A stretch of 60,790 bases of DNA, taken from the IMG/VR virus record IMGVR_UViG_3300049172_000212, positions 1 to 60,790 of that record. One strand, given 5' to 3'. Positions 9,154 to 18,466 of the stretch are shown here, piece after piece. Made by a program: the position numbers and the translations under genes. This DNA comes from a virus (lineage: Duplodnaviria > Caudoviricetes). Each line of letters opens with the position of its first letter. Position 1 is the first letter of the stretch. Below the pieces are notes generated by a model. The model made no database searches and was not told where the DNA came from. It worked only from the letters and a program-made list of their open reading frames with translations.

Positions 9154-9420
9154 TCAAGATAGTGCGGCTCGTTTTTCCCCAAGCCACTGATCTGCGTGTT
9201 GTGTGTTCTTGCTATCCCAGTCACTCAGAGCGGCTACGAAAAAAGAGGCGTTGTTTGGGGCGACGAGGGAAATGTTTGTCGTCAATTCCTTGGCAGTTCC
9301 CTCGAAATCCACAAACATAAGAGGACCCGCTGAGGTTAGATCAAACTGCTCCCTAAGTTGCCGTTTGACGTGGGCGAACTCTGCACTCAGGTCGGTGGTC
9401 AGCGCCAATAGGAAAATCAT
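9154..9420 (-). CDS. Hypothetical protein, possibly ferredoxin-like fold
   Basis: 88-aa ORF with a beta-alpha-beta pattern. Confidence 0.5.
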   Translation of the reverse strand: MIFLLALTTDLSAEFAHVKRQLREQFDLTSAGPLMFVDFEGTAKELTTNISLVAPNNASFFVAALSDWDSKNTQHADQWLGEKRAALS

Positions 9421-9504
9421 AGGCTTGTTCTCGCGTTGCAGAGTACAACGCATCACCCGAGATATCGGCCCATACTATTTTGGAATCTTGATACCCGCTT
9501 GTGT

Positions 9505-9789
9505 TTAGGACGATGGTCTGTCCAGATTGATCTGTCTCTCCACCGTATTGTTGATGAAGTCCCAGCGCATGCCGATCGGCTGCCTCTCCAGATCATAATG
9601 GCCGTTGAAGTACTGGATCAGCGCCGCCTCGCCTTCCATGTCGTGCCAGTCGGCATCGCGCCAGCCGAAATAGACCCGGACATATGACCGGAAATCGACA
9701 AGCTCGAACGAACGGTCGAAATCCTCCCGCATCGCCTCGACGAACTGACCAGCCGCATCGATCAGTTCTTCCCTGCTGACCTTCGCCAA
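9505..9789 (-). CDS. Hypothetical acidic protein
   Basis: GAGGA RBS, TTG start. Confidence 0.55.
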   Translation of the reverse strand: MAKVSREELIDAAGQFVEAMREDFDRSFELVDFRSYVRVYFGWRDADWHDMEGEAALIQYFNGHYDLERQPIGMRWDFINNTVERQINLDRPSS

Positions 9790-10113
9790 TCGATATATCC
9801 TCGATATAAACCCGAAATATCAGGTCATAGGATCTACATCGATGAGCGGCCACGCGCAAACTCCGGCGCCGATTGTTTTTAGGGCGATTGGGGATGGATG
9901 TGGAGCTAAATCGAATGGTCTAGTTGACCCAGAGTATATCTGATGGAGTCATTAAGGCGCCAAAACAGACTGCTTGGGGGTCGCGCGGGAAAAACGAGCG
10001 AGCCCCTTTTTCGAGGTATTTCTGCGTTTGGTACGGTAGTGCATCTTTCAATCGCACAGACATATGGATATCGCATATCCCACCGCCGTACTTTACGGCC
10101 ATTGGGGTGTTCT

Positions 10114-10335
10114 GTGCTTAGAGATCATTTGCAGCCTGCTCGTCAAAGCGTCCTCCTTCCGGAAGAGATTGCTACGCTGCAGCGGGTTTTTGACCAAACC
10201 TGCAATACCCTGGGCATCCAGAAGAAGAGTTCTCAGGCCGAAGGATTAGCGGCTACATTGGTCAATCTCTACGAGCGCGGAGTTCGAACAGAGGGCCAGT
10301 TAGCTGCCATGGTCGACAAGATCGACTTCCTCTAG
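10114..10335 (+). CDS. Small rhizobial-type hypothetical protein
   Basis: LPEEIATLQRVFD...AATLVNLYERG. Confidence 0.6.
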   Translation: MLRDHLQPARQSVLLPEEIATLQRVFDQTCNTLGIQKKSSQAEGLAATLVNLYERGVRTEGQLAAMVDKIDFL

Positions 10336-10413
10336 TACGCCGTTCGGCGGAATTGATCCTTTTGCGCGGTCTGTCTATCATCTGGGCATAGGTCGGGCAG
10401 AGAAGACCCCGGC

Positions 10414-10453
10414 TGGAAAGCCCGCGCTTCTGGGGATTGACGCGGGCTTTCCA
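10414..10453. terminator. Perfect 13-bp hairpin between convergent genes
   Basis: TGGAAAGCCCGCG / CGCGGGCTTTCCA. Confidence 0.65.
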
Positions 10454-10522
10454 CATTCCACCACCTTTGTGATAGGGATGATCGGAATTCCAATCAGCCC
10501 CTCTGCATCGGAACTGTCCAGG

Positions 10523-11065
10523 TCAGGGCAAGAAATCCCGAGGTAACTGGCTTAGGATATAATCGGCCCGTTGGGCGACTGAAATTTTGGGCAGCAACCG
10601 AACTCTGTAGCCGAGTGACGGATACAACTTCACGAGACGATCATACTCGGCAATCGCTTCCTCCAACCCGTGCCGTCGCTCTGAATCAGTCTGATACAAC
10701 TCCGGCCAAGGTGGGGTCATAAAGACATCCACATGAAAACGGTTTGCAGCAATGAGGTCGAGCCGCATTGGCTCCCCGGTTGCATGATGTAAACCTGCAA
10801 CTGCATCAACAAGCCCCCGGTCAAAGAACGTCACGGACGGTCGCCTTTCAGCATCGGCTAGGTCTTGAAGTGCCATTTCGATTGCCTGTTGGGCAAAAGC
10901 GGCCATGTTGACCCATGGCAAAGCTTCTCCCCCAGCTTCGAGTTGTTGCTTGACGATACGACGCCCGGGTTCCGCAGCAATGGCGAAGCCCCGCTTTTGA
11001 AGTTCTCCAAGCAGAGTTGATTTTCCACCGCCTGAACAGCCAGAGACAATAATATATCGAGTCAT
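10523..11065 (-). CDS. AAA_28/NadR-like P-loop ATPase or kinase
   Basis: GCSGGGKST Walker A; FFDRG. Confidence 0.85.
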   Translation of the reverse strand: MTRYIIVSGCSGGGKSTLLGELQKRGFAIAAEPGRRIVKQQLEAGGEALPWVNMAAFAQQAIEMALQDLADAERRPSVTFFDRGLVDAVAGLHHATGEPMRLDLIAANRFHVDVFMTPPWPELYQTDSERRHGLEEAIAEYDRLVKLYPSLGYRVRLLPKISVAQRADYILSQLPRDFLP

Positions 11066-11558
11066 GACCCTTCCTCGACCCTCCACGATCCCATCGAATA
11101 TTTGTCATTCGCACGGAAGACTGTCAGCGCAATGTAGCCATCGCGAGGGAGTGGTCCAGAACAGAGCACCGGGTCGCCTCAGTTGCGCATATAAGGCCGT
11201 TTTTCAAAATGAGAATTTCCGGTGAACATAGGGGTGGAAGGCTTGGAAACACCGTCGGCGCTGCTAGTGTCGTCGCATGATCCTAACTGATGAACAGCGA
11301 AAGAAGATATTCGAGGAAGGCAAGCAAGCTGCCATCCTGAAACAAAGCATCCACAGCTGCCCTTACCGCGATGATGAAACGCCGGAGCGGCGCTATATCT
11401 GGCTAGGCGGATATCGCTCAATTTCCCAGTAGCGTGATGATTGGGTGGCGGTACGCGAAGTGAACCCATTGAGACACCGCGTCCGATGGGTGTTAAGGTG
11501 ACCGTGATCGATGAGCGCAGGGACCATCCCGGCCGTTGCCATCCTTCATGAGGATAGA

Positions 11559-11753
11559 ATGGCCGCCCTCTCACTGAGATATGCCGTTCGTCAGGAACCC
11601 GATTCTAGTTGGACAGTCTATGACACCTTTAGTGGCCGGCCTGCGATGCCCTCGACGTGGTGCCTAGTCGATCTTTCGGAACACCAAGCCAACATTTACT
11701 GTGCGATCATAAATGCCAAGGACACCGATCGTATTCGCGGTGACCTTAGTTAA
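11559..11753 (+). CDS. Small hypothetical protein
   Basis: GAGGA RBS; RYAVRQEPDSSWTVYDTFSGRPA. Confidence 0.6.
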   Translation: MAALSLRYAVRQEPDSSWTVYDTFSGRPAMPSTWCLVDLSEHQANIYCAIINAKDTDRIRGDLS

Positions 11754-11849
11754 GGTTTTTAGGTGGTGGGTCCGCTTTTCGGCCCGAAGCCGTCATCGAT
11801 GTGTAGTAATCGTTTGATATAGGTACGGTGACTAAACCCCAGTAAAAGC

Positions 11850-12422
11850 ATGCTGACACTTCTAGCACTTCATGGCTCAGGCCGAGACGAAACCGACTTG
11901 TTAGAGTTCTGTCACCAGCTTAAACCTCAGGCCCATGTGACCGCTCCTCGTGGCCCGTTTGCACAATCAGGTGGTTTCACCTTTTTCAGACGCCGCTCGG
12001 ATCGCAGCATCGATGCTGCGGAGCTCCTCGAATTAGCGAAGAGATGGGTTTCAAAAGAAGTCGAGGGACACCTCCCGAAAACGGAGGAGATCGTCCTCGT
12101 GGGCTATTCCAGCGGCGCTATATTTGCCGAAGCACTGCTTGCAGTCACTTCCGACAGATTTGCAGGGGCGATCCTCATGCGCCCAGAGCCACTCTCCCGG
12201 AACTTCAACTTCTCGAAAATGCCAGAGAAACCGATCCTGATCATCGCGGGAAAGCACGATGAGCGTCGACGGCAAGATGACGCTGCCGTTCTTACTGAAC
12301 AATTCTCTGAGGCTGGGGCTGTCGTTTCCCTGCATGTTATTGATGCGGGTCATGGATGGGCACACCACAATGCGGACGTCACACTAGCACGCTCTTGGCT
12401 AGCCCACGTCTCTACCATTTGA
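11850..12422 (+). CDS. Alpha/beta hydrolase (phospholipase/carboxylesterase type)
   Basis: LHGSG, GYSSG nucleophile elbow, D and GHG triad residues. Confidence 0.88.
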   Translation: MLTLLALHGSGRDETDLLEFCHQLKPQAHVTAPRGPFAQSGGFTFFRRRSDRSIDAAELLELAKRWVSKEVEGHLPKTEEIVLVGYSSGAIFAEALLAVTSDRFAGAILMRPEPLSRNFNFSKMPEKPILIIAGKHDERRRQDDAAVLTEQFSEAGAVVSLHVIDAGHGWAHHNADVTLARSWLAHVSTI

Positions 12423-12519
12423 CGTCCTGTCTTGGCGCAAAGTTGCCGTCAAGACACCCCCACAGCCCCGTTATTTAGGTGGTCCGCTGTCGGCCGGAGG
12501 AGGACGACACATGGGCGTC

Positions 12520-12990
12520 TCACGCGGTCACAGTCGGAAAGCTAAACGGGAAGCTCTTACTCGTTCCTGCATCTACATAAACTCGGAAGGGGACGGCGCC
12601 TCGGTCCCACCACTCACCCTCCGAAACAGGCTCGGCCCATGACGGCCCCACGACCTCAACAAGATTAAGTAGCTTGCGAAACGACTGCTGGTCCCGGCGG
12701 TAGAAACTCTCCGTACCCTCGAGCACAATATTTATAGACGTGTGTGGGACCCATGAAAGATCAGCAAGCGCTTCTTCTAGTGCGTCCCAATTTGCAATCT
12801 GATCGAGGGGCATCTGCATCGCTACGCGAAAGCTCTCAAAAAGTGCGAACTTATCTTTCGCCGCACCCAACGAGATTTCGAAAGGTGCCACTCCTAGCAT
12901 TTTGAAACGACGGGCAATGCTGATCGAGGTCTTATCATAGTGCAGGACGAACGGGCTGCCGACCTTGGTTGTCACATCCTGTAGTAGCAT
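12520..12990 (-). CDS. Barstar-family protein
   Basis: NWDALEEALADLSW signature. Confidence 0.75.
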   Translation of the reverse strand: MLLQDVTTKVGSPFVLHYDKTSISIARRFKMLGVAPFEISLGAAKDKFALFESFRVAMQMPLDQIANWDALEEALADLSWVPHTSINIVLEGTESFYRRDQQSFRKLLNLVEVVGPSWAEPVSEGEWWDRGAVPFRVYVDAGTSKSFPFSFPTVTA

Positions 12991-13069
12991 TTCTTTATGT
13001 TAGGTTCAGCCTCGCTCCAAATCAACTGCATCAAGGCCGGTTCGGGTGCATACTGCCCCCAGCAGGGGG

Positions 13070-13483
13070 TCAGGATGGTGGATGCTTCGCAAGAACTTCC
13101 TCGGGAGTGATTGTCTCCATTTTGAACAGCGTGTCGGCGAATTCTATAACGAGGTCGAAGACGTCCCCTCGTCCACTTCTCAATTCGATGTCGAAGTGGC
13201 TGGTCGACGACTTCTGTCCGAGAACCATTTCAGAAAAGAACATAGCCAAGTCTTCTACCACGGCTTTAGGGATTGAGATGCTAACGCCGCTCATGTTCCG
13301 CTCGGCGGGATCCCTTCCGACTCGGATCGCAAGTACTTGGCCCGAGTGGGTCACTCTAAGGACGAATTCCTTATCGAGCGCCAACAGCGCAAAACCCGCA
13401 GCGATCTGAGATAGATTTCCCTGATCTATCAACAGCGATGCAGATTTGTCGCGTAACTCTATTGTAGCAGTGACTGCTTCCAC
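13070..13483 (-). CDS. Hypothetical protein
   Basis: GGAG RBS, GTG start, 137 aa. Confidence 0.6.
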   Translation of the reverse strand: MEAVTATIELRDKSASLLIDQGNLSQIAAGFALLALDKEFVLRVTHSGQVLAIRVGRDPAERNMSGVSISIPKAVVEDLAMFFSEMVLGQKSSTSHFDIELRSGRGDVFDLVIEFADTLFKMETITPEEVLAKHPPS

Positions 13484-13552
13484 GCGTCTCCCCCGTTTTG
13501 ATTCATGCTTACGACCTCCTGGTCGATCTGACCAGAGTCCGAGCCGATGTGT

Positions 13553-14014
13553 TTATGGCGACCGCTTGGCATCCCACCCGGCGCGGATCTTTTCCTCGCG
13601 CGCGTCGAGAGCAGAGAAATCCTCATCGTTGTCGGCGTATGCAAGGCTGGACAACGAGGCCAGCGCGGCATACTGCCCGTCAAAACGGGCTATCTCGTCC
13701 ATCGCGAATAAGATTTCATCCAATGGCAGGCGCTCATCAGCAAGGACACGCTCGGCTAGCATCATGAGCAAGTCCGCAAGTGGGTGATCGAACCCATCGC
13801 GCCACAGTGATAGTAGTTGGCGCTTCCGATCGGCCGTTAAGCCGTCACCTTCGGTTTTAGGAGGCTGAACTAATTCATAGAAAACACAGAAAGTCGCATT
13901 CGTCGATATAGCTCGAGCTTCACTGATGAGAGCAGCCGCAGCCGAAAAATCATCGTATGGAAAACGACAATCTAATTTGTCGCCGAATACTTGCTCGCGC
14001 TCACGGCCGTCCAA
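13553..14014 (-). CDS. Hypothetical acidic helical protein
   Basis: AAGGA RBS, TTG start, 153 aa. Confidence 0.6.
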   Translation of the reverse strand: MDGREREQVFGDKLDCRFPYDDFSAAAALISEARAISTNATFCVFYELVQPPKTEGDGLTADRKRQLLSLWRDGFDHPLADLLMMLAERVLADERLPLDEILFAMDEIARFDGQYAALASLSSLAYADNDEDFSALDAREEKIRAGWDAKRSP

Positions 14015-14097
14015 AACTGCAATCCTTTAGAAGTCGCGTGCAATGGGCGACTGGAACTTGGTGGGGGCGCGAGCCTTATCTAGACCATCACCTTCGG

Positions 14098-14649
14098 TCA
14101 ATCAAAGACCTCTGCGCTGGCGGTGTGCCCATAGATAATGAAGAAGCCATCTCTTTCATTGAATGGGATGTTCATTCTCTTCAGCAAATGGCGCAGAGCC
14201 TCAGAACAATCCTGCACGCGAGGAGCCATTAATCCCCCAACGTGGACGCTGATCCTGGGCGCGACTCTAAGCCATTCGATAAAAACGCCCATGGACGATT
14301 CCGGCGTCACTGCCCAATCACCATAGTGCGAGGGCGAGGGCTCAAGTTCCGCGGGTTCCGGTCCATCTGAAACGAGCAGTTTTGCCTGATAAGGCGGAGG
14401 GAACGGGAGCTCCTCAGCTACAGCCTCGCAGAGCTTTCGCCATTTGGTGTCATTCATATGAGACGTCAGACCGCGCTCTTCGATAGCACGGCGCACCTTG
14501 GCGACCTCGTCCCTGTCAGCCAGCCGATATACAGCATTCTGCCACCCACTTTCGAAACGCGCGTAAGTCGTGGCAACGTAAAGCGCACCGTCGATGTCCG
14601 CAATGACTGCAGAGTTGCCGCGCCGCGAAGTCGATATAACAGGCTCCAT
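14098..14649 (-). CDS. DUF6678-like protein
   Basis: MNDTKWRKL...IEWLRV...IIYGH. Confidence 0.6.
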   Translation of the reverse strand: MEPVISTSRRGNSAVIADIDGALYVATTYARFESGWQNAVYRLADRDEVAKVRRAIEERGLTSHMNDTKWRKLCEAVAEELPFPPPYQAKLLVSDGPEPAELEPSPSHYGDWAVTPESSMGVFIEWLRVAPRISVHVGGLMAPRVQDCSEALRHLLKRMNIPFNERDGFFIIYGHTASAEVFD

Positions 14650-14867
14650 TAGCGGACTCCGCAATTGTATTGCTGGAACCGTCCACGGTGGCGCGCGATC
14701 GAGACGGCCGTCTCGCGGTCATTTGCTACGAGGTAGCTGTTCGTCGCTGGCTTTGGGTCAATCGGTACCAGCACGTCGCAAGGTTTAGTCAGTGCCGCCG
14801 TCTGGCAGCTCGCACCCGCCAAGCAGAGCGCAAAGGCCGGGATCGTCAGCAGTAAGTGCTTCCGCAT
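14649..14867 (-). CDS. o-spanin (Rz1-like lipoprotein)
   Basis: Signal peptide with lipobox-like GASC; overlaps the i-spanin gene. Confidence 0.65.
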   Translation of the reverse strand: MRKHLLLTIPAFALCLAGASCQTAALTKPCDVLVPIDPKPATNSYLVANDRETAVSIARHRGRFQQYNCGVR

Positions 14868-15033
14868 CGATCTTCTTCCCATCTTCGAGGATTGTGATCC
14901 GGTCGTCTTTGAGATCGGCAAGAACACTTTCCTTGCCGTCAGAGCGACCATTGAGATAACCGGCCGCGAAGGCCAGGGAGGCGCCAGCGAGAGCGCCAAG
15001 GCCGATCTTCAGCCATGACGTGAGCCCGAACAT
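14785..15033 (-). CDS. i-spanin (Rz-like)
   Basis: N-terminal TM; directly follows the endolysin. Confidence 0.65.
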   Translation of the reverse strand: MFGLTSWLKIGLGALAGASLAFAAGYLNGRSDGKESVLADLKDDRITILEDGKKIDAEALTADDPGLCALLGGCELPDGGTD

Positions 15034-15716
15034 CAATTCTTGACCTTCTGGTAGACGCCCCAGATCGTCAGGGCCAGGATCACGGTCGCAATCGTGATGC
15101 GGATCCAATCACCGCTGGAAAGCTCATACTGCTGGCCCGAGACAGCATCGAGGACATCCGGGATAACCGGAGCGGCCGTCGTAGCCGTAGCCGCCGCACC
15201 GCCGCCACCGATCGCCGCGACTTCCTTGTTCGGAACCCGCTTTTCAGCATCGACAAAGTTGGAAGAGACAAACTCGCCCTTTGCCCAAAGACCGGCTTCC
15301 GCAGCGCGGCGGTTGACCAGACCCTTGACCTTCTTGCCGCCGGCATTGACCCACTTCATCAACTCGATGGGTACGGAATTGTAATCGCCATTATTCAGCT
15401 TCTTGAGGAGCGTGGACTTGTGGAGCGCGCCGGTGTTGAAGTCGAATGAGACGAGCGCCGCGAACTGGTTGTCCGACAGCGGCACCTTCACGAGACGGGA
15501 AACTCGATCCTGGAACTTCCGGAGATCGGACTGGAGGATTTGCTCGGCCTGGCTTTCGCTGATGGTCATCCCTTCACGGACGTCAGGGGCGCCGGCCGCC
15601 GAGGTATGGCCGTAGCCGATCGTTAGGATATTCGCGACATCGCGATAGGCACGGGTCCGGAGGCCTTCAAACTTTTTGATGTGCGAAAGCCCCTCCGCGT
15701 TGATGCGTTGGTTCAT
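15033..15716 (-). CDS. GH24 lysozyme endolysin with C-terminal hydrophobic segment
   Basis: EGLRTRAYRD...TIGYGHT (E-D-T triad); GLVNRRAAE. Confidence 0.93.
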   Translation of the reverse strand: MNQRINAEGLSHIKKFEGLRTRAYRDVANILTIGYGHTSAAGAPDVREGMTISESQAEQILQSDLRKFQDRVSRLVKVPLSDNQFAALVSFDFNTGALHKSTLLKKLNNGDYNSVPIELMKWVNAGGKKVKGLVNRRAAEAGLWAKGEFVSSNFVDAEKRVPNKEVAAIGGGGAAATATTAAPVIPDVLDAVSGQQYELSSGDWIRITIATVILALTIWGVYQKVKN

Positions 15717-15801
15717 GATACTCTCCATTTTGATGATAGTGGCGGCCCTTGCTAGTGTCTCGCGACCAGTTACGTTCCTGAGGACTGGTTTGGGGGCCAA
15801 T

Positions 15802-15987
15802 ATGACTGACGAAAGTGCTGCAAGCGCATCCGCGCTTGAGGATCGAGAGGAGAGAGCGACTAGGGCAGTGGCCCTAGTGGATGAGGCTGTGCAAGCACTG
15901 CGCGATCTAGCCGATCAGTCGGCAGAAACGAGCGACAGGGCGGCGGATGATCCGCCTCTGCGGCCGCGCGCACCTGTGCGGCGGTGA
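15802..15987 (+). CDS. Small antisense moron
   Basis: Acidic helical 61-aa ORF between late genes. Confidence 0.4.
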   Translation: MTDESAASASALEDREERATRAVALVDEAVQALRDLADQSAETSDRAADDPPLRPRAPVRR

Positions 15988-16049
15988 TCATGAAGGATTT
16001 TCTTTTAAGTGGTGACCTTGGCGCCCGTCACAGCGAGACCGCTTATTTC

Positions 16050-16262
16050 TTAGACCACGCCTTCGAGGCCATTTGCTAAGGGTGGCTGCACCGGAACGGC
16101 GATACCTGTCTTTGCGGCCACATATGCCGGATCGTGCTGCTGAAGGACGCGATAAACTTCTTCCAACTGAACTGAGAGATTGTCGATCGCCCTGGCGAGG
16201 GCGTCACATTCGGCGCTCAATGCCTCGTTCCGCCGCTTTAGGGATTGGACGAGCATCGACAT
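16050..16262 (-). CDS. Small coiled-coil phage protein
   Basis: Coupled to the upstream tail gene. Confidence 0.6.
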   Translation of the reverse strand: MSMLVQSLKRRNEALSAECDALARAIDNLSVQLEEVYRVLQQHDPAYVAAKTGIAVPVQPPLANGLEGVV

Positions 16263-16264
16263 TG

Positions 16265-16945
16265 CTACGCCGCCCAGTCCACTTGCCCTGCTACGGCGAT
16301 AGCCTCAGCCGTCGTTGATTCTGAGATAGCTTTCTTGGCAGCCATCCTCTTCGCCTCGATTCCGGCCGAGATGCTTTGCCAGGCCGAGAAAGTGGCAACA
16401 ATCTCGTTTGCTTTGTCGATCTTACTCATGCTCGTGGCTTCCGCTTCGGCCACGATGTGAGGGATGTTGGCGTCGGCGATTGAAGGATTGTCGATCTTCG
16501 CGCGCGCCTCCTCCAGTTTCTGCTGATACGCCATCACCTGGCCGAAGCCAGGGGTGATGAACTGCATCCGGAAGGCCTCGGCGCTGCGATCGACCTGGGC
16601 CGTGGCTTCAGCCCTTAGGGCATCGAGGTCGATTTCTACAGGTGCTGGCGCCCAGGAGTTCATGACGCTCTGCAGGCCGGAGCTGATCACCGGCCAATCG
16701 CCGACATTTGCGATCGCCGCGTCTTCCTGCTTCGAAAGCTGGTCTTCGAGACTGGCGCGCTCCTCGGCCGAAAGGAGCGACATCACCTTGGCGCCGAAAG
16801 CGTACCAGAACTCCGCTTCACCAAAGATCTGCTGGCGTCCCATCCAGAACGCGCCGGCGGCAACCCATCGCTCGACCTTCCGCTCCTGGTGAGCTTTCAG
16901 CAGAGCTTCCGCGAAAGCCTCATACATACTTCCGATTCGATACAT
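16265..16945 (-). CDS. Tail fibre assembly-type protein (DUF4376-like C-terminus)
   Basis: ITPGFGQVMAYQQKLEEA; position after tail genes. Confidence 0.65.
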   Translation of the reverse strand: MYRIGSMYEAFAEALLKAHQERKVERWVAAGAFWMGRQQIFGEAEFWYAFGAKVMSLLSAEERASLEDQLSKQEDAAIANVGDWPVISSGLQSVMNSWAPAPVEIDLDALRAEATAQVDRSAEAFRMQFITPGFGQVMAYQQKLEEARAKIDNPSIADANIPHIVAEAEATSMSKIDKANEIVATFSAWQSISAGIEAKRMAAKKAISESTTAEAIAVAGQVDWAA

Positions 16946-16957
16946 GTCTCTCTCCGA

Positions 16958-18466
16958 TCAGGTGGGAAGGCCAAGGATGTAGTACCGAATCCCGATGATC
17001 GGGTCGGCGGGGTAATCGAACGTCCAGCCGGAGGTGTAGCGCTCAAATTCCGGGTTTCCCTTGAAGGTCCAAAAGGTCGCCTGGTTGCTGGTCACCGTGC
17101 AGTAGGTGGAGTTGCCCATGTGGTATTGGGCCTGGTTGTTGTAGTTTTCGGTGATGCCGGACATAGGCGGGCGGACGAGGATGCCGTTGGAGCCGTAGTC
17201 GTGCACCGTCATATATTTGACGAACGGGAACACGCCGCCGGTATTGGGGAAGTTGACGGTGAATGACTGACCCGCGTTGATGCTTCCCGGAGGCGTATAA
17301 TTCGGCTGCGACCCGATTGCCTGGTACCCCTCGGCGAGAATCTGAATGGCTGGCCACCGGCTGTCCAGGACAATGTCGGCAAACCGGGGCGTAGCCGCAG
17401 CTCCAGGCCGGAGGAACTGCACCACATCCTCGGTACCGTCGTTGAACTGCCTTAAAACCTTGTTCGCGCCGCTGGAGGTCGAAAGCTTGTCGTTGGCGAA
17501 AACGATATAGCGGCAGCGGCAGGCTCTGGTGTTGTTGCTGATGAACAGCTTGGTCCCGGAAAACCAGTATTCGCAGATCAGTGACTCGCCAAACTGACTC
17601 ATCGGGAAAACGATGGTGCTTCCGGTGTAAAGCACCATATCGCAGATCGTCGTCGGATCGACAGCATAACCAAGTTCGATCTGGGTAGTGCCGATCGGCA
17701 AGCTTATATCGCCGGACTTGATCGCCGCCAGTGGTCGGCCAGAGGAGTCGAAGGCAAGCTGGGTCGCCGTGGCGGTTCTGGTGTCGAAACCAGGCTTAGC
17801 CACCCGACAGAAGTTCTCGGTGATCTCTACGACACGTTGACCAGCGGAGGGAGAGCCGCTGGAGCCATTCTGGATAGCGACGTTGTTTCCAGGCAGCCGC
17901 CAGACGACAATTTCAGGGGTGACCTGGTCGGCGTTATTTTCACCGTACATGTTGGCATAGTAGAAAAGCCCATTGCCCATGGCGCGGTACGGGAATTCCG
18001 GATCGTCACCACGGTTCGCCCACCATGCCGAGCGGCCTCTGTCCCATGTCGTATAATAGCCGGGTTCACGACCAGACGGATCTTCCGAGCCTTGCCGCCG
18101 GCTGCGATACTGCTCGACATAGTGATTGTCGGCGTTCTTGCGAACCTTCATGTCCCAAAGCGGTAAGCTGTACGGCAAAGCGCTCCCGAAGAAGGTGTTG
18201 CGCATGGCCACGATCATCGCGCCGCTGGCCGGCACGTAGGTGGACTTCTGGTAGTTGGACGAGGTCGAGCCGGACGGGATATAGTAATTGCCGCCCGTGT
18301 AGGGCGTGTTCGTCATTCCAACCAGTTTGACGTCCTTCGCCCATTTCGAATTGTAGTAAAAGGAGCCGACATTCGCGTCGGGTTCCGTGCGGGGGTTGAT
18401 CGTCCCCTTGGTGACTTTAACGCATGGAATACCAAGGCTGTCGAAGCCGATGAGTGTCCTGGTCAT
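16958..18466 (-). CDS. Minor tail / receptor-binding protein
   Basis: Repeated RVAKPG..FDS / FLRPG..LDS motifs; follows the central fibre gene. Confidence 0.75.
   Translation of the reverse strand: MTRTLIGFDSLGIPCVKVTKGTINPRTEPDANVGSFYYNSKWAKDVKLVGMTNTPYTGGNYYIPSGSTSSNYQKSTYVPASGAMIVAMRNTFFGSALPYSLPLWDMKVRKNADNHYVEQYRSRRQGSEDPSGREPGYYTTWDRGRSAWWANRGDDPEFPYRAMGNGLFYYANMYGENNADQVTPEIVVWRLPGNNVAIQNGSSGSPSAGQRVVEITENFCRVAKPGFDTRTATATQLAFDSSGRPLAAIKSGDISLPIGTTQIELGYAVDPTTICDMVLYTGSTIVFPMSQFGESLICEYWFSGTKLFISNNTRACRCRYIVFANDKLSTSSGANKVLRQFNDGTEDVVQFLRPGAAATPRFADIVLDSRWPAIQILAEGYQAIGSQPNYTPPGSINAGQSFTVNFPNTGGVFPFVKYMTVHDYGSNGILVRPPMSGITENYNNQAQYHMGNSTYCTVTSNQATFWTFKGNPEFERYTSGWTFDYPADPIIGIRYYILGLPT

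Noticed and set aside
7000-14650. Classical integron cassette array
   Set aside because: Genes lie on both strands, there is no recognisable attC pattern, and the only integrase is phage-type
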